A DNA stretch of 64,000 bases, taken from the NCBI GenBank assembly GCA_021802045.1, contig JAKABB010000002.1, forward strand, positions 17,681 through 81,680, given 5' to 3'. Origin of the DNA: a bacterium. GTDB taxonomy: Bacteria; Chloroflexota; Dormibacteria; Aeolococcales; Bog-877. Made by a program: the position numbers and the translations under genes. Shown one piece after another: positions 46,840 to 54,302 of the stretch. The notes beneath the pieces are model-generated. The model had not been told where the DNA came from, made no database searches, and saw only the letters and a list, made by a program, of their open reading frames with translations. Each line of letters opens with the position of its first letter. The first letter of the stretch is position 1.

Positions 46840-47720
46840 CCGATCCGGGGACCGCCTGGAGCTGGCTGGGCTCCGGCTGGCCACGGGCCTGGCGGCCCGA
46901 CACGGTGGTCTTCGATGTGGACGGGGTGCTGATCGACACGCGCCGCTCGTTCCGGCTGGCGGTCCAGGACGTGGTGGTGGCCGCCCAGCGACTGGCGGGC
47001 CGACCCCGTCCCTGGCGGCCGGGCGCCGGCGACATCGCGCGCCTGAAGGCACGCGGGGGGTTCAACTCCGACATCGACTGCAGCGTCCACCTGACCCGCC
47101 TGGCCCTGGCGACCGTCCGTGGGGTCCCGGACGTCGCTCAGCCGGCCGCGGCCAGGGACGCTCCGCCGGGCGCCGACGGCGCCGATCCCTCCCTGATCGA
47201 GCGGCTCTTCGCGGAGCGCTACTGGGGCCCAGAGGCCTTCGCGCGCCACTTCGGTGAGCCGGCGCGCCACTTCACGGCCCCTGGGCTGCGGGCCGGGGAG
47301 CGGCTCCTGGCCCCCCCGGGCCTCCTGCCCGCCCTGACGGCCCGGGGCGTGCGCGCCTACGGGCTCATCACGGGGCGAACCACCCTGGAGACGGACGCCG
47401 CGCTGGAGTTCCTCAACTGGCCCCGGGGCACCTTCGCCGCCGGGGCGGTGGTGACGGGGGAGGAGCTGCTGAAGCCGGACCCGGCCGCGCTGCATCGGGT
47501 GGTGCACGCTTGCGGCACCACCCGAGGCCTCTTCGTGGGCGACGTTCGCGACGACGCCCAACTGGTGCGCCGCTACCGGGAGCGCCCCGGGGCGGCGGAC
47601 GTCCGCCTGGTGCTGGTGGGGCCGCTGGCGCGGAGGCCGGGGACCTGGGGCGCGGACGCGGGCCTGCGCACCGTGGCCCAGCTGCCAGAGCTCCTGGACC
47701 ACCTGGGCTCCCCGGGCTGA
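46836..47720 (+). CDS. HAD-superfamily hydrolase
   Basis: ATG overlaps the dnaE stop. HAD motif I (VVFDVDGVLIDT) and a downstream GDVRDD motif. Confidence 0.6.
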   Translation: MTDPGTAWSWLGSGWPRAWRPDTVVFDVDGVLIDTRRSFRLAVQDVVVAAQRLAGRPRPWRPGAGDIARLKARGGFNSDIDCSVHLTRLALATVRGVPDVAQPAAARDAPPGADGADPSLIERLFAERYWGPEAFARHFGEPARHFTAPGLRAGERLLAPPGLLPALTARGVRAYGLITGRTTLETDAALEFLNWPRGTFAAGAVVTGEELLKPDPAALHRVVHACGTTRGLFVGDVRDDAQLVRRYRERPGAADVRLVLVGPLARRPGTWGADAGLRTVAQLPELLDHLGSPG

Positions 47721-47736
47721 TCCGGCCCGGCGGGCC

Positions 47737-48195
47737 CTACTCCCCGGCGGCGGGGGGCGCCACGCTCACCTCGACGCTGATGCCGTCGCGGACGCTCTGG
47801 GTGACGACGCAGAAGTCTTCGAAGAGCTCCAGGCAGCGGGCGGCCCGGGCGCGGTCCTGCGGCTGCAGGTTGAGGTCGATGTGCACCCGCAACCCCCCGA
47901 TCCGCAGCCGGCCGCGGGGGTTCCGCTCCAGGGTGCCGGTGACGGTGGTGCGGATCCCCGACACCGGGATGCGGGCCTTGCTGAGGCAGAAGAGGGCGCT
48001 GGCGCTGAGACAGTGCCCGGTGGCCGCCGCCAGCATCCGCGAGGCGTTGGGCCCGGCCCCGCTGCCGAGCGGCGCGGGTTCGTCCATGACCATGGGGGCC
48101 ACCCCCGGTTGCTGGAAGTCGACCGCGAACCGGTACGCCTCCTCCTGGGCCAGCTCGACCCGGAAGTCCTCGCGGGGCGCCTCGTCTGCCGTCAT
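47737..48195 (-). CDS. OsmC/Ohr family peroxiredoxin-like protein
   Basis: 152 aa with the OsmC fold and conserved Cys pair context (...GHCLSASALFCLS...). Confidence 0.75.
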   Translation of the reverse strand: MTADEAPREDFRVELAQEEAYRFAVDFQQPGVAPMVMDEPAPLGSGAGPNASRMLAAATGHCLSASALFCLSKARIPVSGIRTTVTGTLERNPRGRLRIGGLRVHIDLNLQPQDRARAARCLELFEDFCVVTQSVRDGISVEVSVAPPAAGE

Positions 48196-48286
48196 ACCGC
48201 CTCCTTGGTGAGTCGACGCATCAGGGTGCGGGAGCCGCCGGCGGGCCGGTACGCGCCGGGGCGCGCACCGGCCGGGGCGGAGCCGC

Positions 48287-48580
48287 TCACGCCGCCGATC
48301 GCTGCTCCGTGCGCAGCACCGCCAGCAGGTCGGTGGCCTCCAGGATCAGGTGGTCCACGCCGTCCAGGCGCAGCTCGGTCCCCGAGTACTTGGGAAACAG
48401 CACCAGGTCGCCCGGCTGCACCTTGATGGTCTCGCTGTCGTCGCCGACGGCGACCACCTCCGCTCGCTGGGGCTTCTCCTTGGCCGTGTCCGGCAGGACG
48501 ATGCCGCTGGCCGTCACGCTCTTCTCCTCCAGCACCCGCAGCAGCACCCGGCTGCCCAGGGGTCGCACCTCTTCGGTCAT
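48287..48580 (-). CDS. co-chaperonin GroES paralog (second copy, no adjacent groEL)
   Basis: ATG at 48580 (rc) preceded by [52 protein letters not shown]... is a canonical Cpn10. No CIRCE element upstream. Confidence 0.8.
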   Translation of the reverse strand: MTEEVRPLGSRVLLRVLEEKSVTASGIVLPDTAKEKPQRAEVVAVGDDSETIKVQPGDLVLFPKYSGTELRLDGVDHLILEATDLLAVLRTEQRSAA

Positions 48581-48686
48581 GCGCCTGTTGCCTCCTGTGG
48601 TTGACGGGGCCCGCGGATGGCGGCCCCTGGGGTTGAGGCGACCGGTCGGCCGGTCGCCCACGGCACGCCTTGGGGTCGGGGACCGG

Positions 48687-48950
48687 TCACCCCAGCCCGA
48701 GCAGCCGGTCGATCTGGGTGCGGTCGAATCCGACGATCGAGCGCCCGTCGATCTCGATCACGGGCACGCCCATCTGCCCGGTGCGTCGGACCAGGTCCCG
48801 GGCGGCGGCCGCGTCGCGCGACACGTCGACATCGCGGAACGGCACCTGGCGTTCGCGCAGGTAGGCCTTGGCTCGCACGCACCAGGGACAACTGGGTGTG
48901 GAGAACACCAGCACCTGATGCCGCCGCTCCACCGCTGGGGCAACGCCCAT
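48687..48950 (-). CDS. glutaredoxin-like protein (CPWC active site; NrdH/Grx family)
   Basis: Thioredoxin fold: ...VLVFSTPSCPWCVRAKAYLRE...GVPVIEIDGRSIVGF.... Confidence 0.7.
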   Translation of the reverse strand: MGVAPAVERRHQVLVFSTPSCPWCVRAKAYLRERQVPFRDVDVSRDAAAARDLVRRTGQMGVPVIEIDGRSIVGFDRTQIDRLLGLG

Positions 48951-48955
48951 CGCCT

Positions 48956-49354
48956 CTACCTCTCCTCCATCTGAGCCTGCGGCCCTGCCCGGCCAGCCAG
49001 GCGGCTGGCCACGATCGCGCGGATGATGTCGCACGCCTCGGTGATCCGCGGCTCACTGAGGCGGTAATGGACGGTGGTCCCGGTGCGGCGCGCCTCCACC
49101 AGGCCCGCGTGGCGGAGGACCGTGAGGTGCTGGCTGGCGTTTGCCAGCGTGGCGTCCATCCGTGCCGCCAGCGCCCCGACCGACTGCTCGCCGTCCCGCA
49201 GGGCCTCGAGGATCATCAGCCGCTTGGGGTCGGTGAGCACCTTGCAGATGTCCGCGTGCAGGCGGTAGGGGTCGGGGCCCAAGGCGACGTCGGGGTCGGC
49301 CCGACCGGTCGCCACGGAAGTCGGGCGCTCAGGCACCGCATCATCGTACCCCAT
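48956..49354 (-). CDS. ArsR/SmtB-family transcriptional regulator
   Basis: wHTH core ...LMILEALRDGEQSVGALAARMDATLANASQHLTVLRHAGLVEARRTGTTVHYRL.... Two Cys (ADICKVL and EACDII) are spaced ~78 aa apart. Confidence 0.75.
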   Translation of the reverse strand: MGYDDAVPERPTSVATGRADPDVALGPDPYRLHADICKVLTDPKRLMILEALRDGEQSVGALAARMDATLANASQHLTVLRHAGLVEARRTGTTVHYRLSEPRITEACDIIRAIVASRLAGRAGPQAQMEER

Positions 49355-49423
49355 GCTCCCATGCTTGCGCAACTAGGCAAGTATGGTGCCCAGGGCCCGT
49401 CCGGGGCGTGGCCTCCGGATCGG

Positions 49424-50002
49424 TCAGAGGGCGTTGGCGCCCTGCTGGATCAGGGGGAACAGGAGTTGGCTGACCAGCACGAAGACCAGCAGCAGCACCA
49501 CCATGGCGGCCACGGCCGGCCCCTCCCCGGTCCCGACCATCCGCCGGTCCAGCCGCCGGAAGGGGGCCACGAAGCGGTCGGTGAGGGCTCGGGTCGTGTA
49601 CACCAGTGGGTGCCACGGGTCGGCGTGCAGGAAGGAGATGATGACCCGCACGAAGACTAGGAGCAGCACGATGAGCAGGATGGTGCTGATCACGCCCAGC
49701 ACCAGCGAGACCACCACCGCCACGGGGTTGGCGGTGACGCCCGCCGCCAACTGGTCACAGAGGCTGGCCAGCTCGTAGACCAGGATGATGGCCAGCACCG
49801 GCGAGAAGTCCAGGCCCCCGAAGGTGGGCAGGACCCGGCGCAGCGGCGCCAGGACGGGGTCGACCAGGCTGGTGAGGACCCGCACCACGGGATTGGCGGG
49901 ATCGGTGTGGAAGTAGGTGAGGATGATCCGAACGAAGATCACCAGGGCGTAGATGTTGAGGACCGCGGCGATGGTGGTGAAGATCGTGACGGTCACTGGC
50001 AT
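49424..50002 (-). CDS. YggT family membrane protein (two YggT repeats)
   Basis: Two tandem copies of the YggT/Ycf19 motif (...RIILTYFHTDPANPVVR... and ...RVIISFLHADPWHPLVY...). Confidence 0.7.
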   Translation of the reverse strand: MPVTVTIFTTIAAVLNIYALVIFVRIILTYFHTDPANPVVRVLTSLVDPVLAPLRRVLPTFGGLDFSPVLAIILVYELASLCDQLAAGVTANPVAVVVSLVLGVISTILLIVLLLVFVRVIISFLHADPWHPLVYTTRALTDRFVAPFRRLDRRMVGTGEGPAVAAMVVLLLVFVLVSQLLFPLIQQGANAL

Positions 50003-50163
50003 CCGATCGAGTATAGCCTCGGCCTCGTCCGGCGCCGGCGCGACGGCTCGCCCGGGCGCGGGCCCGGCGGGAGACGGCCAGCCCCTGCCGGCGGCCGAAG
50101 GGGCCGGGGGCGCAGGTGGGGGCCGCAATCGCCAAGGCCCCGATCAGCGGCGGCCCCGCCCGG

Positions 50164-50796
50164 TCACCCGCCCGACCCGTGCTGCCGGTGGCGCCACCAC
50201 CAGACCAGGCCCGCGCCCAGCACCGCGGCCACCGCCAGGGCCAGGCCTCCGTACCCCAGCTGCGACACCAGGGCGAGGGCGCGGCGCAGGTTGTGCCCCA
50301 GCAGCAGGCCGATCGTGACGATGACTCCCACCCACACCGCCGCGCCCAGGGCGTTGGCCACCAGGAAGCGAGGCCAGGGCATCCGGTGCATGCCCGCCAT
50401 GGGGCCGCCCAGGATCCGCAACACCGCCACGAAGCGGGCGAAGACGACCGAGGTGAAGCCGCCGCCACGGGCGAAGAAGCGCTCAGCCTGGTGGAACCGC
50501 TCCGGGGTGTAGAAGCGGCCCACAGCGGGCAGCGCCGCGAGCCGGCCCCCCCAGCGGCGTCCGATCCAGTAGCCGGCGTTGTCCCCCAGGACCGCGCCCA
50601 GGAAACCGGCCGCGGCGACGCCAACCGGGGAGAGCTGCCCCTGGGCCGCCAGCACGGCGGCGAGGACCAGGCTGGTCTCGCCGGGCACGGGGACGCCCAT
50701 GGACTCGATGCCGACCCCGAGGAAGGGCAGCAGATAGGCGGCGGGGCCGGTGAGGTGGAACCCGAGGACGGCCACGGCGATGAGGAGCAGGCTCAC
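50164..50796 (-). CDS. DedA/SNARE-associated family membrane protein
   Basis: 210 aa multipass protein with the DedA signature (...GVPVPGETSLVLAAVLA...). Confidence 0.75.
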   Translation of the reverse strand: MSLLLIAVAVLGFHLTGPAAYLLPFLGVGIESMGVPVPGETSLVLAAVLAAQGQLSPVGVAAAGFLGAVLGDNAGYWIGRRWGGRLAALPAVGRFYTPERFHQAERFFARGGGFTSVVFARFVAVLRILGGPMAGMHRMPWPRFLVANALGAAVWVGVIVTIGLLLGHNLRRALALVSQLGYGGLALAVAAVLGAGLVWWWRHRQHGSGG

Positions 50797-51564
50797 CGGT
50801 GGGAGACTCCCGTGAGGGGGGCGCCGTGGGAGCAGCCGGGCCGACGGCGTCGCACCGTCAGTGGCGGGCGGGCCCTCACCGGACCCAGCGCCGGGCGAGA
50901 CATGGTCGGTCCTCCGGTGGGCAGGGGCGGCGCTGACCGATCATCGGGGCCGACCCCGGGTGTGCAAGGCCAGCGTCGCAGCTTAGCCGCGCCGACCGGG
51001 ACGCGGGGCCAAGGAGCCGGACGGCGTCCGTGCCGGCCGTGGGCGCGCGGGGGCGCGTCGCGACCCTCTCCGGGCCGGTGGGCGCATCCAGGTCGCCGGC
51101 CCAGGTGGCGGCGGCGCCGGGAGGGATCGCGGGGCGCTGAGGCCTGGCCTTGCGGTCCGCCTCGGCGGACGTCCCATCGCCCGTGGACCGAGTCCATGGG
51201 CCAGGTGTCGAGGACGGCGCTCATGAGGGCGATCGTCGGTCGGAGGCACCCGGCCACCGGGGCGACCGACGCCTCGGGGCGCTGGTCGACGAGGCGCCCG
51301 ATCCGGCCGGGGGCGACGGCCCTCCCGTTCCCAGGCGCGGCTGATCACCCTCGTGGGATCGGGGCCGGCACGACTGGTCTCCCCGCACCCGCCGGCCCGC
51401 GCGAGCGGCCGGTCGTCCCGCCCAACGGCTGCGGGCGGGATCATGCCAGTGGCGTCCACCACGCGGACCGCCCACACCCGGCCCCCGCCGCGCTCGTGCC
51501 GCCAGTGGTGCCGCGGGGCGGCCGCCAGCGACAGAGCCCGTCTGCCGCGGGGCGACGGTCGAAG

Positions 51565-51627
51565 TGCCAGCAGTGGGGGTCGAACTCACGCGAGCTTGCG
51601 GACATCAACGGTTCTTGAGACCGTGTC
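51565..51627 (-). repeat. degenerate duplicate of tRNA-Leu 3' end (putative att site of integrated element)
   Basis: tgccagcagtgggggtcgaac[t]cac[g]cgagcttgcg...caacggtt[c]ttgagaccg matches positions 54161-54215 of the intact tRNA with a few mismatches. It lacks the 5' half. Confidence 0.6.
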
Positions 51628-51727
51628 AAAGAGTCCAGGGCAGTACACGGGCGTCCATTCTGAGATCACAGCAGAGTGGTCCAGTCGTCCAGGATCGTCC
51701 ATCCTTGACCACACAAGTCCAGCGGCT

Positions 51728-51749
51728 ATGCGGTCAGTTATGCGGTCAA
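51728..51749. repeat. tandem ATGCGGTCA motif pair (copy 1 of a direct repeat that recurs at 54078-54099); candidate integrase arm-type site
   Basis: ATGCGGTCAgtTATGCGGTCAa here versus ATGCGGTCAgtCATGCGGTCAa at 54078-54099. Both lie just inside the island ends. Confidence 0.4.
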
Positions 51750-51809
51750 GACCGGCCGTGCGGGAGCTGCCTCCGGCAGCCCGGTGGCGGTAGGGGAATA
51801 GGGGCCCCC

Positions 51810-52002
51810 TCAGCGCAAGGGGAGCCCGGATTGGCGCCGGATGCTGGCGAGCGTCCCGGGCGGCACCTCCCCCCCCGAGCTTCCCGCTGACGGTCACGCG
51901 CCCCCGCTTGACGGGGTGACGGAACTGTCGGTGGTCGCCGACCGTGGCGACGCGGACCCAGCCGTCGCGGGTGAGAGCGGCGATGACCTCTCGGGCGGTC
52001 AC
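51810..52002 (-). pseudogene. hicA: hicA mRNA interferase toxin, frameshifted in a C8/G8 homopolymer
   Basis: The N-terminus MTAREVIAALTRDGWVRVATVGDHRQFRHPVKRGRVTV is HicA. After the G8 run (plus-strand C8 at 51869-51876) the frame is lost. Removing one G restores ...GKLGGEVPPGTLASIRRQSGLPLR*, the conserved HicA C-terminus. The uncorrected ORF reads through to 51586. Confidence 0.65.
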
Positions 52003-52310
52003 ACAGGGACGAGCCGGCGCGCTTGCCGAGCGCGCGCGGCCCGGGCGCCGGTTCGGGACGCTGGCACGATCGCCGCGTCAACGGCAGTGGGGCGGGGGAC
52101 GCGCAGGGCATCCGCGCGCATTCCCGCGACGTGCAACTCGATCGCCCCGGCGATCAGGCGTCGGACCTCGGAGCGGGTCGCCCCGACGGCCACGCAACCG
52201 TCGAGCTGGGGAACCCACGCGCCATACGCACCGGGACGGCCCTCAATCACCACCGCATACCCACGGGGCGACGGCCGCTCGATCTCGCGGGCTCGCACGG
52301 CCACTACCAC
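51999..52310 (-). CDS. hicB: HicB-family antitoxin
   Basis: RNase-H-like HicB N-domain (...YAVVIEGRPGAYGAWVPQLDGCVAVGATRSEVRRLIAGAIELHV...). Overlaps the hicA start by 4 nt. Confidence 0.65.
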   Translation of the reverse strand: MVVAVRAREIERPSPRGYAVVIEGRPGAYGAWVPQLDGCVAVGATRSEVRRLIAGAIELHVAGMRADALRVPRPTAVDAAIVPASRTGARAARARQARRLVPV

Positions 52311-52540
52311 GCCCTCCGGCGGCGGTCGCGGGACATCGCCCGCTCGGACGCCTCGACCTGGCGCCGCTCCTCGGCGGACAGGGGCTCACCGTCCCAGGGC
52401 ACGGCGTCGAGGACGGCGATCATCGGGTCGATGCCTCGCCATAGGCGCCAGCGGCAGCGGGCCCGACGATAGGGGGCGGTGGTGGCGTTGTGCGCCCCGA
52501 TGACGAGCCGGTGGAGCTGGACGCGGTCCGAGACAGCCAT
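52304..52540 (-). CDS. hypothetical small protein (78 aa) upstream of hicB
   Basis: ATG at 52540 (rc) lies 5 nt downstream of a perfect GGAGGAGG RBS. Its 3' end overlaps the hicB start by 7 nt. No family recognised. Confidence 0.4.
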   Translation of the reverse strand: MAVSDRVQLHRLVIGAHNATTAPYRRARCRWRLWRGIDPMIAVLDAVPWDGEPLSAEERRQVEASERAMSRDRRRRAW

Positions 52541-52904
52541 CACGCCTCCTCCCGCCGGTGCACCTTCATGGACTGCATCGTACCCCAGTAGACGAGGAGG
52601 GGAGAGCGCCCACTTCCGCCAGTCCTGACGCCCTCTGGTCACCCGCTGCTTGAGCCCAGCACCGCGCAGAAGGTGTGACCGAAAGCGTTCGCTACCCTCA
52701 GAGGGAGAGTCCTACACGTGCGACCTATGCGGAGTCCTCTACGTTTCCTCGCGGCGGCGGCCCAAGGCGGGCCAGCGGCACTACAGCTCCACCTGCCGGC
52801 GTTAATAAAGACCCCCGGGGGTGGACGAAGGCCAAGCGCCTGCGGCAACGGGAGTGGCGCGCTCGAAGCAAGGCTCAGGCAGGCTCCACAGAGGCGGCGG
52901 CGCC

Positions 52905-54066
52905 GTGACCCGCTGCGGCCACGGCGAGGGCTCGATCCGCCACCGCGCCGACGGCCGCTGGGAGGCCGCCCTGCAGGTGGACGGGCGCCGCCGGAGCTGG
53001 CTGGGCAAGACCCGAACCGAGGTCGCGCAGAAGCTCTCTGTGGCCATCCATGCGCGCGAGATCGGCGCTCCCCATGAGCGGCCCCCGGCAGACCTTCGCC
53101 CGCTCCTGGGCCGACTGGCTCCCTGGGACGCGGACCCAGCTCCGCCCTCGGACGTGTGTGAACCCGGTATGAAGAGCTGGGCCGAGTCCACCTGCTGCCC
53201 GCCTTGTGGAAGCTCTCCCTGGCCCGGCTGGGCCCACAGCACGTTCGCGCACTCCACGAAGGCATGGTCGCCGCCGGGCTCTCGCCCTCGACGGCTCACC
53301 ACGCCCACGCTGTCCTGCACCGCGCTTTGGCCGACGCGGTTCGCTGGGGACTGGTCGGTCGCAACGTGGCCGGGCTGATGGCCGCTCCCCGGATGGCCGA
53401 GCACCAGATGCAGGCCCCCTCGGGAGAGCAGGCGCGGGCGTTCCTCGCGGCGGCACAGGGGGATCGCTTCGAGGCGCTCTATGTGCTGGCGATCAGCACC
53501 GGCATGAGGCAGGGGGAGTTGCTGGCGCTCCACTGGCGCGACGTTGACCCGGAGTCCTGGAGCCTCAGTGTGACCGCCAGCCTGCAGCGGGACAAAGGCA
53601 CCGTGACGATGGCTGAGCCGAAGACGCCCCGCTCTCGGCGCAAGGTCGCCCTCGCCACCCAGGCGGTGGAGGCCCTCCGGCGGCACCGGCAGGTCCAGGC
53701 CGCCGAGCGGCTGGCGGCCGGCCCCTTGTGGCAGGACTTGGCCGTGGTGTTCGCCAACGAGGGCGGCGCCCCTGTGAACCGAGATCGCCTGATCACCCGA
53801 TCCTTCAATCCTCTTCTGGCCCAGGCCGGGCTTTCACGCATCCGCTTCCATGATTATGCCGACGTCGGCATAATCACGATCTCCGCCACACGGCGGCCAC
53901 CCTGCTGCTGGCCCAAGGGGTCCACCCGAAGATCGCCCAGGAGATGCTGGGGCACGCCAACATCGCGGTCACCCTCGACCGCTACTCCCACGTCAGCCAG
54001 GACATGCAACAGGACGCCGCCCGCCTGATGGGGGAGGTGCTCTCCGGGCCGAGGCGCCCAACCTGA
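52905..54066 (+). pseudogene. int: phage-type tyrosine integrase, disrupted (one frameshift near 53165-53172 plus a 26-bp palindromic insertion at 53851-53876)
   Basis: N-terminus GHGEGSIRHRADGRWEA...QTFARSWADWLPGTRTQLRPRT matches the integrase SAM-like domain. The catalytic domain is in another frame (…HWRDV…, RFHD|insert|LRHTAATLLLAQGVHPKIVQEMLGHANIAVTLDRYSHV...). It is adjacent to the intact tRNA. Confidence 0.75.
53851..53876. repeat. 26-bp perfect palindrome TGATTATGCCGACGTCGGCATAATCA inserted in integrase box II
   Basis: The sequence reads identically on both strands. It interrupts the codons for RFHD-LRHT, so the conserved His-x-x-Arg/Tyr region continues downstream in a shifted frame. 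The insert is 26 nt, not a multiple of 3. Confidence 0.6.
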
Positions 54067-54077
54067 GCCCAACCGCT

Positions 54078-54099
54078 ATGCGGTCAGTCATGCGGTCAA
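54078..54099. repeat. tandem ATGCGGTCA motif pair (copy 2), between the integrase stop and the tRNA
   Basis: See copy 1 at 51728-51749. Flanking bases (a[g/c]cgct...) are also shared. Confidence 0.4.
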
Positions 54100-54156
54100 A
54101 CGCCGGTTCGGTGGGAGCCAGTGGGGCTCCTGAGCCCTCGATCTGATCTCAGAATC

Positions 54157-54242
54157 TGGTGCCAGCAGTGGGGGTCGAACCCACACGAGCTTGCGCTCAA
54201 CGGTTTTTGAGACCGCCGCGTCTGCCATTCCGCCATGCTGGC
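54157..54242 (-). tRNA. tRNA-Leu (anticodon CAA), class II with long variable arm, encoded CCA
   Basis: Reverse complement is GCCAGCA-TG-GCGGAATGGCAGACGCG-GCGGT-CTCAAAA-ACCGT-TGAGCGCAAGCTCGTG-TGGGTTCGACCCCCA-CTGCTGGC-A-CCA. It has a 7-bp acceptor stem, anticodon loop CTCAAAA (CAA), a 5-bp T stem GTGGG/CCCAC and T loop TTCGACC. Confidence 0.85.
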
Positions 54243-54302
54243 CAGTCCGCCCGGGGTTGAGCGGGCAGGCGATGCCGACCCGGTCCTCGAGGGGCCCGCC
54301 GT

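Larger units (their letters stand above)
51565..54242. mobile_element. decayed integrated element (genomic islet) at tRNA-Leu(CAA), bounded by tRNA 3'-end direct repeats
   Basis: An intact tRNA on one side and a degenerate 3'-fragment repeat on the other. Internal cargo is a tyrosine integrase pseudogene, a hicBA toxin-antitoxin pair and a small ORF. An AT-rich patch lies upstream of int. Confidence 0.6.

Noticed and set aside
50116-51618. 500-aa plus-strand ORF
   Set aside because: Extreme Arg/Gly/Pro composition and no domain. It runs antisense through dedA and the spacer. This is a typical high-GC frame artefact.
51586-52002. 138-aa HicA-containing ORF as a bona fide long protein
   Set aside because: Only the first ~45 residues are HicA-like. 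The remainder is read-through after a homopolymer frameshift and runs across the att repeat.
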